NCBI GenBank assembly: GCA_041653535.1
Contig: JBAZFH010000003.1
Coordinates: 66,771-130,770 of the forward strand
Direction of reading: 5' to 3'
DNA length: 64,000 nt
Source of the DNA: Patescibacteria group bacterium
GTDB taxonomy: Bacteria; Patescibacteriota; Patescibacteriia; JACRDY01
Shown here piece after piece: positions 46,769-58,855 of the stretch; position 1 is the stretch's first letter, and each line of letters begins with the position of its first letter. The position numbers were made by a program, and so were the translations under genes. Below the pieces are notes generated by a model. The model ran no database searches, was not told the origin of the DNA, and was given only the letters and a program-made list of their open reading frames with translations.

Positions 46769-47977
46769 ATGGCTTTTTTCCAGTACAAAGTACAAGATAG
46801 TAGCGGTCGCATTTTTAAAGGATTGGTAGAAACAAGCAGTGAAGCCGACGCAAAAAATATTTTGGAAAACCAAAACTATAATATTTTGTTTATCAGAGAA
46901 GCAAAAAAGCGCAGTAAAATTTTGGATATTTTGCCATTTTTAGAAAGAGTTTCACCCAAAGATTTGGTCATATTTTCCAGGCAGTTATCTATTTTAGTTT
47001 CCGCCAATTTACCGCTAGTCGAAGCTCTTGATACGTTAGCACGGGAGACGAAAAGAGAAAAAATAAAAATAATTGTTTCTCGTGTTGCCGACTCTGTCGA
47101 AGGCGGTAAAAAATTATCCGAAGCCATGGCAGAGTTTCCTGAAGTTTTTAGCAATTTTTTTATAAAGCTTATTGAAACAGGAGAAAGAGTCGGCAAACTC
47201 GATGAGGTTTTGGAATATCTGGCAGACGAAGAAGAAAAAAGTTATGATCTCCGGGCGCAGATCAGGGGTATGCTGATTTATCCCGCTTTTATTTTTGTTG
47301 TAATGATCGGTATAGTTATTTTTTTGATGGTGTATGTCATGCCAAAAATGTTGAATATTATCAGAGACGCCAAGGCAGCGTTGCCGATTACCACCAGAAT
47401 ATTGATTGCAGTTAGCGATTTTATGCAGAATTATATCATTGTTTTAGCTTTAGGAATTGTTGGTTTGGTCGCTTTATTTTTTGTCTATACCAGGAGTGCC
47501 GGAGGGAAGGTTAAATGGGATAAATTTAAGTTAAATTTTCCTGTGGTCGGCAAGGTGATCCAAAATATTTCTATCGTTCGCCTTTCTAATAGCTTGTCAA
47601 TTTTACTTCAGGGAGGTGTCGACATGGTCAGTTCGCTTAAAACTGTCGCTGGGGTGATGGATAATAGTGAATATAATAAATTAATAGTTAAAGCGTCAAA
47701 AGAAGTGGAGGATGGAAGTTTTTTTGCCTTGACATTAGCAGACAGTAAATATATTCCCGACATGGTAACGGAGATGGTTAGAGTAGGGGAGCAAACCGGC
47801 AGGTTGGAAAATTCATTATCTCAAATTAGCTCTTTTTATACGCGGGAAGTAAAGCACTCTGTTACTAACCTTGTTGGCTTGATTGAACCACTCGTGATTA
47901 TTTTGTTGGGTGTCGGTGTTGCTGTTGTCGTTTCGGCGATGATATTGCCAATGTATCAGGTTGCTAGCGGAATTTAA
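46769..47977 (+). CDS. pilC: Type IV pilus platform protein PilC (GspF family)
   Basis: Duplicated GspF domains. Three TM regions. Confidence 0.85.
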   Translation: MAFFQYKVQDSSGRIFKGLVETSSEADAKNILENQNYNILFIREAKKRSKILDILPFLERVSPKDLVIFSRQLSILVSANLPLVEALDTLARETKREKIKIIVSRVADSVEGGKKLSEAMAEFPEVFSNFFIKLIETGERVGKLDEVLEYLADEEEKSYDLRAQIRGMLIYPAFIFVVMIGIVIFLMVYVMPKMLNIIRDAKAALPITTRILIAVSDFMQNYIIVLALGIVGLVALFFVYTRSAGGKVKWDKFKLNFPVVGKVIQNISIVRLSNSLSILLQGGVDMVSSLKTVAGVMDNSEYNKLIVKASKEVEDGSFFALTLADSKYIPDMVTEMVRVGEQTGRLENSLSQISSFYTREVKHSVTNLVGLIEPLVIILLGVGVAVVVSAMILPMYQVASGI

Positions 47978-48089
47978 AAATGCTATAATAAATAAGGAAA
48001 TTAAAATATATAAGTTAACTAATTTAAAGTTTTACGTCGTTTTTCAAAAAAAATAACGATGTATTAAAGAAAGGAGGTAAAACCATAAA

Positions 48090-48545
48090 ATGAAAAACAA
48101 AAAAGGTTTTACTTTGATCGAATTACTCGTGGTTATTGCTATTATCGGATTACTGTCTACTTTAGCGGTAGTGTCCCTAAACAGCGCTAGAGTTAAGTCT
48201 CGTGATGCTAAAAGGGTTGCTGATGTCAAACAAATCCAGACAGCGTTGGAATTGTTTTATTCTTCAAGATCATCTTATCCGGAAGCAGACTGTGATCTGG
48301 GAGCGTCCGGCGGGTGTGTTTGTCTTGACGATGCTGGTTTTGGTAGCAGTACTTGTAGTACGGCGCCTGTTTATATGGGATTGATTCCTGGTGGTCCGTC
48401 CGAGAACGAATATTATCACTATACTGGTTCCGACACGTCACCACAGGATTACACCATTACTTTCACTTTAGAGGGCAAAACCGGCACTTTACCTGCTGGA
48501 AATTGCACTGCCACTTCGGCTGGTATGACTTGCGCTGCTTTATAA
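48090..48545 (+). CDS. Type IV pilin (major pilin candidate) with class III signal peptide
   Basis: MKNKKG/FTLIELLVVIAIIGLL prepilin cleavage motif. Cys pair in the C-terminal region. Confidence 0.8.
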   Translation: MKNKKGFTLIELLVVIAIIGLLSTLAVVSLNSARVKSRDAKRVADVKQIQTALELFYSSRSSYPEADCDLGASGGCVCLDDAGFGSSTCSTAPVYMGLIPGGPSENEYYHYTGSDTSPQDYTITFTLEGKTGTLPAGNCTATSAGMTCAAL

Positions 48546-48634
48546 ATGTATAGATAGGAAATAATATAAAAATAACCCCACGTTTTTGCGGGGTTATTTT
48601 TTTCTTCAAAAAATGGTAAAATAAAGACAGTTTT

Positions 48635-49387
48635 ATGGACATGATAAATTTTTTATTTATAGCTATTTTAGGCTTAGTAATTGGTAGTTTTTTAAATTGC
48701 CTGGTTTGGCGGATAAATACTAAAAAGGGTATTTGGCTGGGTCGTTCGGTTTGCCCGCGATGCAGTCATGCTTTGGATTGGAAGGATCTGGTTCCTTTGG
48801 TAAGTTGGTTTTGTCTTGGCGGCAAATGTCGGTATTGCCGGCAAAAAATATCATGGCAGTATCCGGCAGTAGAGATGCTGACCGTCGTTGTTTTTGTTTT
48901 AATGTATTTCAAATTCGGTTTTACCTTGACCTTATTAGCTAACCTAATTACCGCTTCTTTTTTGATCGTTATTTTTATTTATGATATAAAATATTATCTA
49001 ATTTTAGATCGGGTAAGCTTGCCTGCTATAATATTCGCGATTTTTTCTGTTTTGGTTTTTAATTATGGTTTTATGAATCACTTGGCAGCTGCTGTAATAG
49101 GGTCGGGTTTTTTTGCTTTGCAATATTTTTTATCCGGCGGCAGATGGGTCGGCGGAGGAGATATCCGTTTGGGTTTTTTGATGGGCGTTGTTTTAGGTCT
49201 GCCGCAAGTTGTCGCGGCGATTTTTATCGCTTATTTTCTCGGAGCGATAGTAGGAGTGGGACTGCTTTTGACGAAAAAAAAGAAAATGGGGTCCGAAGTT
49301 CCTTTTGGCGCTTTTTTAGTGCCGGCAACGTTGATAGTTATTTTATATGGTAACCAGATTATGAACTGGTATTGGTCTATATTATGA
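48635..49387 (+). CDS. pilD: Prepilin peptidase PilD (A24 family)
   Basis: N-terminal CPRC...CRYC zinc motif. Polytopic membrane protein with conserved Asp sites. Confidence 0.85.
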   Translation: MDMINFLFIAILGLVIGSFLNCLVWRINTKKGIWLGRSVCPRCSHALDWKDLVPLVSWFCLGGKCRYCRQKISWQYPAVEMLTVVVFVLMYFKFGFTLTLLANLITASFLIVIFIYDIKYYLILDRVSLPAIIFAIFSVLVFNYGFMNHLAAAVIGSGFFALQYFLSGGRWVGGGDIRLGFLMGVVLGLPQVVAAIFIAYFLGAIVGVGLLLTKKKKMGSEVPFGAFLVPATLIVILYGNQIMNWYWSIL

Positions 49388-49905
49388 CTGTAAAAAATAA
49401 AAAAGGTTTTACTTTAATTGAAATGCTCGTTACGTTATCGATTATTTTAGTTATTGGTTTTTTAGCCATACCCGGGTCTTTTGACAGAGAAAGCAAACTC
49501 GCCGATGTTCAGGCGCCGTATTTTACTATCCAGACGGATATAGTTTATATGCAGGCAAGGGCAATCAATGGTCAGACAATCAATATAGATGGACAAAAAG
49601 TGGTGCCAGCTTATTATTGGATGGTGGTTAACGATCATGGCTATACTTTAGGCGCTGGTGATAATATTATTGACATGAACGTGATTAAGACTGTTGATTT
49701 GCCTCAGATAAATTTTTCACCAGTCGGTTGTGTGTTAAAAATAGCGCCATACGACTTTTTGCCGGAAGCTGAAAATTGTAATTCTATAGACAATAAAGTA
49801 ACTTTCAACGCCCAAAGCGATTTTTTTTCGCCGCCAGGGTTAATATTGGATTTGACTAATGGCAATATAACCGAAGAGAGGTCTATAAATTATTTTTATG
49901 AATAA
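49384..49905 (+). CDS. Minor pilin / pseudopilin (prepilin-type N-terminus)
   Basis: MTVKNKKG/FTLIEMLV. Start set to the ATG at 49384 (ATGA overlap with the pilD stop). Confidence 0.6.
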   Translation: MTVKNKKGFTLIEMLVTLSIILVIGFLAIPGSFDRESKLADVQAPYFTIQTDIVYMQARAINGQTINIDGQKVVPAYYWMVVNDHGYTLGAGDNIIDMNVIKTVDLPQINFSPVGCVLKIAPYDFLPEAENCNSIDNKVTFNAQSDFFSPPGLILDLTNGNITEERSINYFYE

Positions 49906-50494
49906 GGTATTAAAAAATAAAAAAGGGCAAACTTTACTGGAAATAGTTTTTGTTTTACTGATTTTGCTTTCCGCGGCAACTGTTTTAATGTCTACTTATT
50001 TTTATTCTAATCGAGCGCAAGGAGTCGATCTGCGTCAAAGCCTTGGTTCTCAGTTTGCTCGCGAGGGTTTGGATTTTGTGCGCAATCTTCGTGACAGTAA
50101 TTGGCTAAATCCAGATAAAGATTGGAGTGACGGTTTGATTTCTACGGATAACCCGGACAATGTCAGCAGAGCGCGGTTAGAGTGGGATCCGACGAGTGGC
50201 AGTGTTAATCTAAACTTTTTAGTCAATGATATTACCGAATCTCAGATTTATAAGCATAACAATGAAAATGGATTTTATTTTAATTATGATGCCGCTGCCG
50301 GCGAAGCAACGGGATATTATCGTTTGATGGAAATAGAAAAAATTTGTGACCAACAAAATTTTCCGCCGCAAACACCTTGCCAGAATGGTGATTTATTAGT
50401 CGGTGTTAAGGTAACTGCTGTGACGCAGTGGTCTGGTCAGCCGGGGCAAACAAAGGAGTATCGTTTATCTGACTATTTGTATAATTGGAAATAA
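49898..50494 (+). CDS. Minor pilin-like protein
   Basis: MNKVLKNKKG/QTLLEIVFVLLIL. Confidence 0.55.
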   Translation: MNKVLKNKKGQTLLEIVFVLLILLSAATVLMSTYFYSNRAQGVDLRQSLGSQFAREGLDFVRNLRDSNWLNPDKDWSDGLISTDNPDNVSRARLEWDPTSGSVNLNFLVNDITESQIYKHNNENGFYFNYDAAAGEATGYYRLMEIEKICDQQNFPPQTPCQNGDLLVGVKVTAVTQWSGQPGQTKEYRLSDYLYNWK

Positions 50495-50496
50495 GT

Positions 50497-51108
50497 ATGA
50501 ATAAAAAGGCAAAAGAGAAGCGTGGTTTTACTCTATTGGAAACATTGATAGCGATGTCTATTTTTATCATCATTTTTATTTCTGTCATTGGCATTTATCT
50601 TAATACCAGGAAAAATTTTGACGTGGTGAGCAGGCGAGCGACTGTAAACAATGAAAGCCGGATTTTAATCGAAAGAATAGCGCGCGATATTCGTTTTAAC
50701 GAGATTGATTATGCTGCCGCTGGTTGGTTGGATCCAAACGGCGACGGGATTACTAATGAGATCCGTTTGATTAATGAAGATGGGAAGATGATAGGTTATA
50801 AGATTGCCAGTGATCAAACGGTTTGCGGTGCAGTCGGCGTTGTTTGTTTGATGTACGGCGCTCAAGACCAGGAAGGTAATTTTTCTTGGGCGAAGATTGA
50901 CAACGTTAGTAATTTTGGTAACGGAGGTATGAGTTTTATTGTTTGGCCGACCGTCAGTCCCTTTTTGGATTTAGACGGCAACGGAGTTTTTGATTCCAAT
51001 ATTCAGCCGCGAGTAACGATAAGTTTCGGCATTGTTGACGACAGCGCCAGGGGTGGTTGGTCGGATTTTGGTCAAACTACGATTTCTTCACGGGTTTACA
51101 AACGATAA
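50497..51108 (+). CDS. Minor pilin (PilW/GspJ-like)
   Basis: MNKKAKEKRG/FTLLETLIAMSIF. Start set to the ATG just after the upstream stop. Confidence 0.6.
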   Translation: MNKKAKEKRGFTLLETLIAMSIFIIIFISVIGIYLNTRKNFDVVSRRATVNNESRILIERIARDIRFNEIDYAAAGWLDPNGDGITNEIRLINEDGKMIGYKIASDQTVCGAVGVVCLMYGAQDQEGNFSWAKIDNVSNFGNGGMSFIVWPTVSPFLDLDGNGVFDSNIQPRVTISFGIVDDSARGGWSDFGQTTISSRVYKR

Positions 51109-51111
51109 AAT

Positions 51112-51867
51112 ATGATTTTTATAAAAAATAAAAAAGGAAATACGCTAATCATTTCTTTGTTTGTAGTTTTGGTGTTACTTGCCGAAACAATATTTTTGAC
51201 CAATCAAGTGATAACTTCTTTTCAAGAAGGAAGATTGATAGACAACTCTTTTACCGCTTGGTATCTGGCAGAGTCGGGGGCGGAAAATGTTTTATACCGG
51301 ACGCGACGAAAAGAAGATTTTAGCGTTCCGCAGGAAGTTTCTCTCGATAATGGGCAGATAAAATTTGCTATAAAAACAGAACAGTCGGTAACTGTCGATA
51401 TTTTACGTAACGATTTTTATCAGTTAGATTTTTTTGATATTCCTCTAGACCAGGCGGTAACCGGTATAAGCTTACAAACCACTGATTCGTCGGGTGCTAG
51501 TTCGCTGGAAGTTTTTTCTACTTCTTGGAGTTCTGCTATCAGTGCCGGAGTGCCAGCGACAAATGTTTTTGGTCCTTATGGAGTATCGATATTGCAAGAA
51601 GGTGTTGATGTTCAACTAGGATTACAACCTGGTCTTTATCATCGAGCAAAGCTAAAAGCGCTTTTTGGCGATGTTAAGGGCTTGACGATTACCGCTTATG
51701 GTTATAACGGCGAGCAACTTGATTTACCGACGCGTTTGATATTTGGCACTGAAGGTTATTTCGCCAACAGCAGTCAAAGAATTAAGGTGAGTATGCCGAA
51801 AAATCCTCCAATTTACGGCTTGTTTGACTACGTTTTATTTTCCGAGGAATCGATTGAGAAAGAATAA
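51112..51867 (+). CDS. Minor pilin-like protein (PilX-like)
   Basis: MIFIKNKKG/NTLIISLFVVLVLL. Confidence 0.55.
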   Translation: MIFIKNKKGNTLIISLFVVLVLLAETIFLTNQVITSFQEGRLIDNSFTAWYLAESGAENVLYRTRRKEDFSVPQEVSLDNGQIKFAIKTEQSVTVDILRNDFYQLDFFDIPLDQAVTGISLQTTDSSGASSLEVFSTSWSSAISAGVPATNVFGPYGVSILQEGVDVQLGLQPGLYHRAKLKALFGDVKGLTITAYGYNGEQLDLPTRLIFGTEGYFANSSQRIKVSMPKNPPIYGLFDYVLFSEESIEKE

Positions 51868-53915
<2,048 letters not shown>

Positions 53916-53916
<1 letters not shown>

Positions 53917-53974
53917 AAACCCCGCTAGGATTTTTCTCTTCCGAGACTGTCCTTTAAGGCGGGGGTTTTGTTTT
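53916..53974 (+). terminator. Terminator after ligA
   Basis: aaaaccccgc...gcgggggttttgtttt. Confidence 0.55.
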
Positions 53975-54335
53975 ATGGAGGCGTTTCCGGCGCTTTATTC
54001 CACAACGAAAGGAGGTGTTTCTGTATCACAGATTTGCAGACCCGTGTTACGACGCCGGAAACACCATATGAACGTAGCTTACAGCAATTTTTTTTACTTG
54101 TAAAGACACAAAAACCCCACATTTTGTTATGAGGTTTTGATTAGAATGAAGAGATGTCTACTCAAGTGTCATTTTTTTAAAGATATCCTTGAGTTCCGAT
54201 TTCTTGGGATAGCTGTTGACTGCACTATATTTGCGTCCGATTATGCATTGTGCCACCGGTAAGACATGGTATTTACAAGACACCGCGAAAATATTTTAGC
54301 CTATTGTCCGGTTTTATCAAATAATGCTGTTTTAT

Positions 54336-54365
54336 TTGTCACAAGCCATTATTATTTGCTATAAT
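54336..54365 (+). promoter_or_regulatory. Sigma70-like promoter for gatCA (TTGTCA-18 bp-TATAAT)
   Basis: ttgtca caagccattattatttgc tataat, 23 nt upstream of the gatC ATG. Confidence 0.55.
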
Positions 54366-54388
54366 ACTTTTGTTAATCAGCAATATTT

Positions 54389-54688
54389 ATGTCTAAACTT
54401 AGCATAAAGGAGATAGAGCATATCGCTGCCTTGGCTCGGCTAGAGTTAAAGGAAGAAGATGAGAAGAAGTTTGCTAAACAACTTTCTTCCATTTTGAGTT
54501 ATGTTGATCGTTTGTCTGAGGTGGAAACAGACGGGATTTTGCCTATAGCACAAGTGACTGGTTTGGAGAATGTTTGGCGCGACGACGAAGTTGTTGATTG
54601 TTCGATCGAAGAAAAAAATAAAATATTTGATAATTTTCCCACTAAGGACGGGAGGCATATTAAGGTAAGGGGAGTGTTTGAAGAATAG
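54389..54688 (+). CDS. gatC: Asp-tRNA(Asn)/Glu-tRNA(Gln) amidotransferase subunit C
   Basis: Typical GatC (IEHIAALARLELKEEDEKKFAKQLSSILSYVDRLSEVETDG). Confidence 0.85.
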   Translation: MSKLSIKEIEHIAALARLELKEEDEKKFAKQLSSILSYVDRLSEVETDGILPIAQVTGLENVWRDDEVVDCSIEEKNKIFDNFPTKDGRHIKVRGVFEE

Positions 54689-54767
54689 AGGGGAGATCAG
54701 GAGATGAAGATGTTGAGAAATTGAATATAAGCATCGTTGCGGGTTTTTTATTTTTTTATTTCTAATC

Positions 54768-56225
54768 ATGAATCTAAACGAACTAACAATTAGACGGGCT
54801 CACGAAGGATTGCGCAAAAAAGAGTTCAGCGCGGTAGATCTTTTGGAATCTTGTCTGGAAAGAATAGTGGCTGTTGATGACAATTATGTCAATGCTTTTT
54901 TGTCGGTGACCGAAGATTTAGCACGAAAGCAGGCCACGAAAGTTGATGGTAGGATAAAATCTGGAGAAGAAATCGGGATTTTGGAAGGGATTCCAATTGC
55001 CATTAAGGATAATATCAATATCGCTGGAGAGAAAACTACCGCGGCATCAAAAATTTTGGAAAATTATATCGCGCCTTATGACGCAACAGTGATAAAAAAA
55101 CTCAGAGAGGTCGGTGCGGTATTGATCGGCAAGACTAACCTTGATGAATTTGCTCATGGCGCTTCAACGGAAAATTCCGCTTTTTTTACTACTCATAATC
55201 CTTGGGATACGCAAAGAGTGCCTGGAGGATCTTCCGGCGGTTCAGCAGCAGCGGTAGCGGCTAGCGAATGTATCGCTGCACTTGGTTCTGATACCGGAGG
55301 ATCAATTCGTCACCCGGCGGCTTTTTGCGGGGTGACTGGGTTGAAACCAACCTATGGTCGGGTTTCTCGTTACGGATTGCTGTCCATGACTTCGTCAACC
55401 GATGTGATCGGTCCGATCGCCAAAAATGCGCAAGACGCAGCCATCTTGCTTAGTGCTATTGGCGGTTTAGATAAAAAAGATTCAACAACCGTTGATCAAC
55501 CGCTGGAAGATTATCTGAAAGAATTAGACAGGGTAAGGGGTCTGACTATCGGTCTGCCAAAAGAATTTTTTTCCAAAGATTTAAATCCGGAAATTGCCGA
55601 GATGGTTCGGCGCGCCGCCGTATTATTTGAAGAAAATGGTGCCAGGATCGAAGAAGTATCATTGCCACATAGCCAATATTCGATCGCTATTTATTATATT
55701 TTGACACCTTCGGAAATATCGGCTAATTTGGCGCGTTATGATGGTATTCGTTTCGGTTATCAAAACAAGGAGGCAAAAAAACTTTTTGAAGTTTATGCTA
55801 AAAGTAGAGGGGAAGGTTTTGGTCCGGAAGTTAAACGGCGAATTATGCTCGGCACTTATGCGTTGTCTGCCGGATATTACGACGCTTATTATCTGCAGGC
55901 GCAAAGAGTGCGCAGCGTGATTCAAAAAGAGGTGAATAAGGTGCTGGAAAAAGTTGATGTAATTTTGACGCCATCAGCGCCGCACACAGCCTTTAAAATA
56001 GGCGAACAATCTGACGATCCGCTCAAAATGTATCTTGAGGATATATATATGGGACTGGCAAGTATTTTAGGTTTGCCGGCAATTTCCGTGCCTTGTGGTT
56101 TTATCAACGGACTGCCTGTTGGTATGCAGCTGATCGGTAGGCAGTTTGCCGAACGCGATGTTTTGTATTTAGCTAATAAATATCAGGAGTTGACTGATTG
56201 GCATAAACAGACGCCGAAAATATAA
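54768..56225 (+). CDS. gatA: Glu/Asp-tRNA amidotransferase subunit A (amidase signature)
   Basis: Amidase signature GGSSGGSAAAVAA with Ser-cisSer-Lys triad context. Confidence 0.9.
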   Translation: MNLNELTIRRAHEGLRKKEFSAVDLLESCLERIVAVDDNYVNAFLSVTEDLARKQATKVDGRIKSGEEIGILEGIPIAIKDNINIAGEKTTAASKILENYIAPYDATVIKKLREVGAVLIGKTNLDEFAHGASTENSAFFTTHNPWDTQRVPGGSSGGSAAAVAASECIAALGSDTGGSIRHPAAFCGVTGLKPTYGRVSRYGLLSMTSSTDVIGPIAKNAQDAAILLSAIGGLDKKDSTTVDQPLEDYLKELDRVRGLTIGLPKEFFSKDLNPEIAEMVRRAAVLFEENGARIEEVSLPHSQYSIAIYYILTPSEISANLARYDGIRFGYQNKEAKKLFEVYAKSRGEGFGPEVKRRIMLGTYALSAGYYDAYYLQAQRVRSVIQKEVNKVLEKVDVILTPSAPHTAFKIGEQSDDPLKMYLEDIYMGLASILGLPAISVPCGFINGLPVGMQLIGRQFAERDVLYLANKYQELTDWHKQTPKI

Positions 56226-56228
56226 ACT

Positions 56229-56672
56229 ATGACTATTACTTTTAACTCGGTTGACTATATCGTCATGATTATTATTGCTGCTGCGATAATAGTTGGTTTG
56301 GTTTTTTGGTTTGTCAAAAAATCACACCCCGCGCCAATAGATGATTTTTCTGCCAAAAAAATCAGTGAAGAATGGTTGCAGATCGAGGAGCTAATTAAGC
56401 AGGATTCACCTAATGCTTGGAAGCTAGCCGTGCTGGAAGCGGATAAACTGGTTGACTATGCACTTAAAACATTAGCTGTTCCTGGTAAAGATTTCGGCGA
56501 ACGGATTCGTGCTATCAATTATCAGTTACCTAGTATTAGAAATGTTTGGCCGGCACATATAGTACGTAATAAACTGGTTCATGAGTCAGATTATCAGTTG
56601 GATAAAAAAACGGCCGTTCGTTCGGTTCAACAGTTTAAAGAAGCGTTAAAGACATTAAAGGTTTTAAAATAA
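56229..56672 (+). CDS. Hypothetical membrane-anchored protein
   Basis: N-terminal TM segment. No recognisable domain. Confidence 0.45.
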   Translation: MTITFNSVDYIVMIIIAAAIIVGLVFWFVKKSHPAPIDDFSAKKISEEWLQIEELIKQDSPNAWKLAVLEADKLVDYALKTLAVPGKDFGERIRAINYQLPSIRNVWPAHIVRNKLVHESDYQLDKKTAVRSVQQFKEALKTLKVLK

Positions 56673-56677
56673 ACATT

Positions 56678-57832
56678 ATGTTTAGGCGTTTGGTTGTTAT
56701 TATTGTTATTGTATCGTTGATTTTTCCTAGGATTTCTCTTGCTGATTTCAGATATGACCTTGGTTTGCAACAGGGAGATATTAGGATTTCCGGCGGGCAG
56801 ATGATAATCGGTAAAACAATGAACGTTATTGCTCGGATTCATAATTATGGCACGGAAGACGTCCGTGGCTATTGTACTTTTTACGCCGACGATGTACCAC
56901 TTGGCAGTTCTCAGGAAATCTCGGTGTTGTCTGGTACTTATGACGATGCTTGGGTAGAGTTTATCGTTCCTCAAAATTCTTTTAACATTCGTGCCATCAC
57001 TTATCTTAATGAACATACAGACGAAAACGTTTCAAATAACGAACAGCAAACGGTTATGTTTGTTCCCGATATTGATACTGACGGTGACGGCATTGGTGAT
57101 TTGTCTGATTTTGATGATGATAATGACGGATTTTTGGATATTGACGAGACAAACAATTACCGCACTGATCCGAGAAAAGCCGATACTGACGGTGATGGTT
57201 GTCCCGATAACAGCGATCAATTTCCCTTGGATCCCATAAAGTGCAATGAGCAGGTGATAATAAAAGATATTGTTCCGGCTGCGATAGAAAAAATTGTTCC
57301 GACTACTAAATCAGTCGCGTCTGAAAAAGAATTAGTAAATAATAATAAACAGACGGTTGAATCTACTACTGTCGATGAAAATGGCGACGTTGTTGTTTTA
57401 GCAGGTGAAGATATTAAAGTATTAGGGGAAGAAACCGATCAATTGATTACTGGATTGGAAATATCGGCAGTGCAGATTGGTTGGTCGAAGTATAAATTTC
57501 AGTCGGATATTCCCGGAGAGTATTGGGACCAGTTTAGTTACGTTTGGATTTTTGGTGACGGTAGACAATCAGTTGATCGCTTAGCCGTTCATCGTTTTTT
57601 TGGCGCTGGTGATTTTACCGTGAAATTGCGGGTAGAAGACAAACAGAGAAATGGCTGGGAAGCTCAGACAAACATAAGTATCTCTTGGTGTAATCCGGGA
57701 AATTGGCAGCTATGGTTGCTTATTTTGTTTCTTTGTGTTATACTTATTTCATTGGTTTATTTTATAGAAAAATCTAGGGCTACTAAAGTAAAAAATAGAT
57801 TAAAAAGAATAATAAATAAAAAAATAATATGA
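56678..57832 (+). CDS. Secreted/anchored surface protein with CARDB-like N-terminal domain, thrombospondin type-3 Ca-binding repeats, PKD domain and C-terminal TM anchor
   Basis: DTDGDGIGD / DTDGDGCPDNSD repeats. WIFGDG...FTVKLRV (PKD). C-terminal hydrophobic helix plus basic tail. Confidence 0.55.
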   Translation: MFRRLVVIIVIVSLIFPRISLADFRYDLGLQQGDIRISGGQMIIGKTMNVIARIHNYGTEDVRGYCTFYADDVPLGSSQEISVLSGTYDDAWVEFIVPQNSFNIRAITYLNEHTDENVSNNEQQTVMFVPDIDTDGDGIGDLSDFDDDNDGFLDIDETNNYRTDPRKADTDGDGCPDNSDQFPLDPIKCNEQVIIKDIVPAAIEKIVPTTKSVASEKELVNNNKQTVESTTVDENGDVVVLAGEDIKVLGEETDQLITGLEISAVQIGWSKYKFQSDIPGEYWDQFSYVWIFGDGRQSVDRLAVHRFFGAGDFTVKLRVEDKQRNGWEAQTNISISWCNPGNWQLWLLILFLCVILISLVYFIEKSRATKVKNRLKRIINKKII

Positions 57833-58434
57833 CCGAAGAAAAAAATGGTTTACAGCCAAAAAAAGGTTTTGTTTTAGGGATAGTTATTGGTATTGCCGTT
57901 GTCGGCATTCTGTCTCTTATTGGCGCTTTTGTTTTGATTGCTACTAGCGGTGAGGCAGATATTACTGTAGCTGGTGAAAGCGTTGTTCAAGGAAGTAATA
58001 TTGTCGCTAAAAATAACGATCCATTGGCCGGTGTCGCAGCCGCCAGTTCTTTTCAGGAAAAAGTAGATGCCCAAATTTGTAAGGAAGATGGAAAACCGGT
58101 GGTATATTTATTCTCTACTACTGGTTGCCCTCATTGTAAGTGGGTAAAGCCGGCTTTTGATGAGATTGCCGATAAGTATGTCAAAGAAGGGAAGATAGTC
58201 GCGTATCATTGGGAGCTTGATACCGGTGATGATACTTTGACTTCAACGGTGGAAACCGCCACTGACCCAAATCATGAAGCGATTTATACTCAATTCAATC
58301 CGGAAGGAACTGTCCCAACTTTTGTTTTTGGTTGTAAATATTACCGTATAGGTACTGCCCATGAACAAGACAGTTTTGGTTTAGACGGCGAAAAAGCCGA
58401 GTTTGAGGCTTTAATCCAGGAGTTGATTAAGTAA
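57829..58434 (+). CDS. Membrane-anchored thioredoxin-fold thiol-disulfide oxidoreductase
   Basis: TM anchor. CPHC active-site motif in FSTTGCPHCKW. Confidence 0.6.
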   Translation: MTEEKNGLQPKKGFVLGIVIGIAVVGILSLIGAFVLIATSGEADITVAGESVVQGSNIVAKNNDPLAGVAAASSFQEKVDAQICKEDGKPVVYLFSTTGCPHCKWVKPAFDEIADKYVKEGKIVAYHWELDTGDDTLTSTVETATDPNHEAIYTQFNPEGTVPTFVFGCKYYRIGTAHEQDSFGLDGEKAEFEALIQELIK

Positions 58435-58573
58435 TATAGATACAAAAAAATAGTAAACGGTGGTTAAAAGCCGCCGTTTTTTAGTTATTGAATGTTTGGT
58501 TGAAATGATATAAGATAGATATCAGCAAGTTATGAGTAAAATGGCGCTTTTATTACCGGAATAAATCCGTAGT

Positions 58574-58661
58574 GGAGGGATCGCATAGCGGTCGAGTGCG
58601 CTCGCTTGGAAAGCGAGTATATCGAAAGGTATCGGGAGTTCGAATCTCCCTCCCTCCGCCA
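58574..58661 (+). tRNA. tRNA-Ser (anticodon GGA), type II with long variable arm
   Basis: Acceptor ggaggga/tccctcc. Anticodon stem ctcgc/gcgag with loop ttGGAaa. Variable arm about 16 nt. T-arm gggag-ttcgaat-ctccc. Encoded CCA. Confidence 0.8.
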
Positions 58662-58855
58662 TGGATTTATTTGCATGATCAATAGTTCGTGATCAGTACA
58701 AGAAATTTTGATTATTTAGAGGTACTTAATCAGGTCGAAGGGTTAAGGCTTTTAGTTGCAATATTTGAAAAAAAATATTTTATTTCAATTGTCATAAGAT
58801 GTAACTAATAAATTTTTTACCACAAAAGATAAGTTTATTAATTGGATTAAAGAGG

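Noticed and set aside
53976-54388. RNase P RNA, tmRNA or T-box leader in the ligA-gatC gap
   Set aside because: Conserved motifs are absent: the P4 AGGAAAGUCCGG motif, the tmRNA tRNA-like 3' end, and the T-box AAUUAGGGUGG motif.
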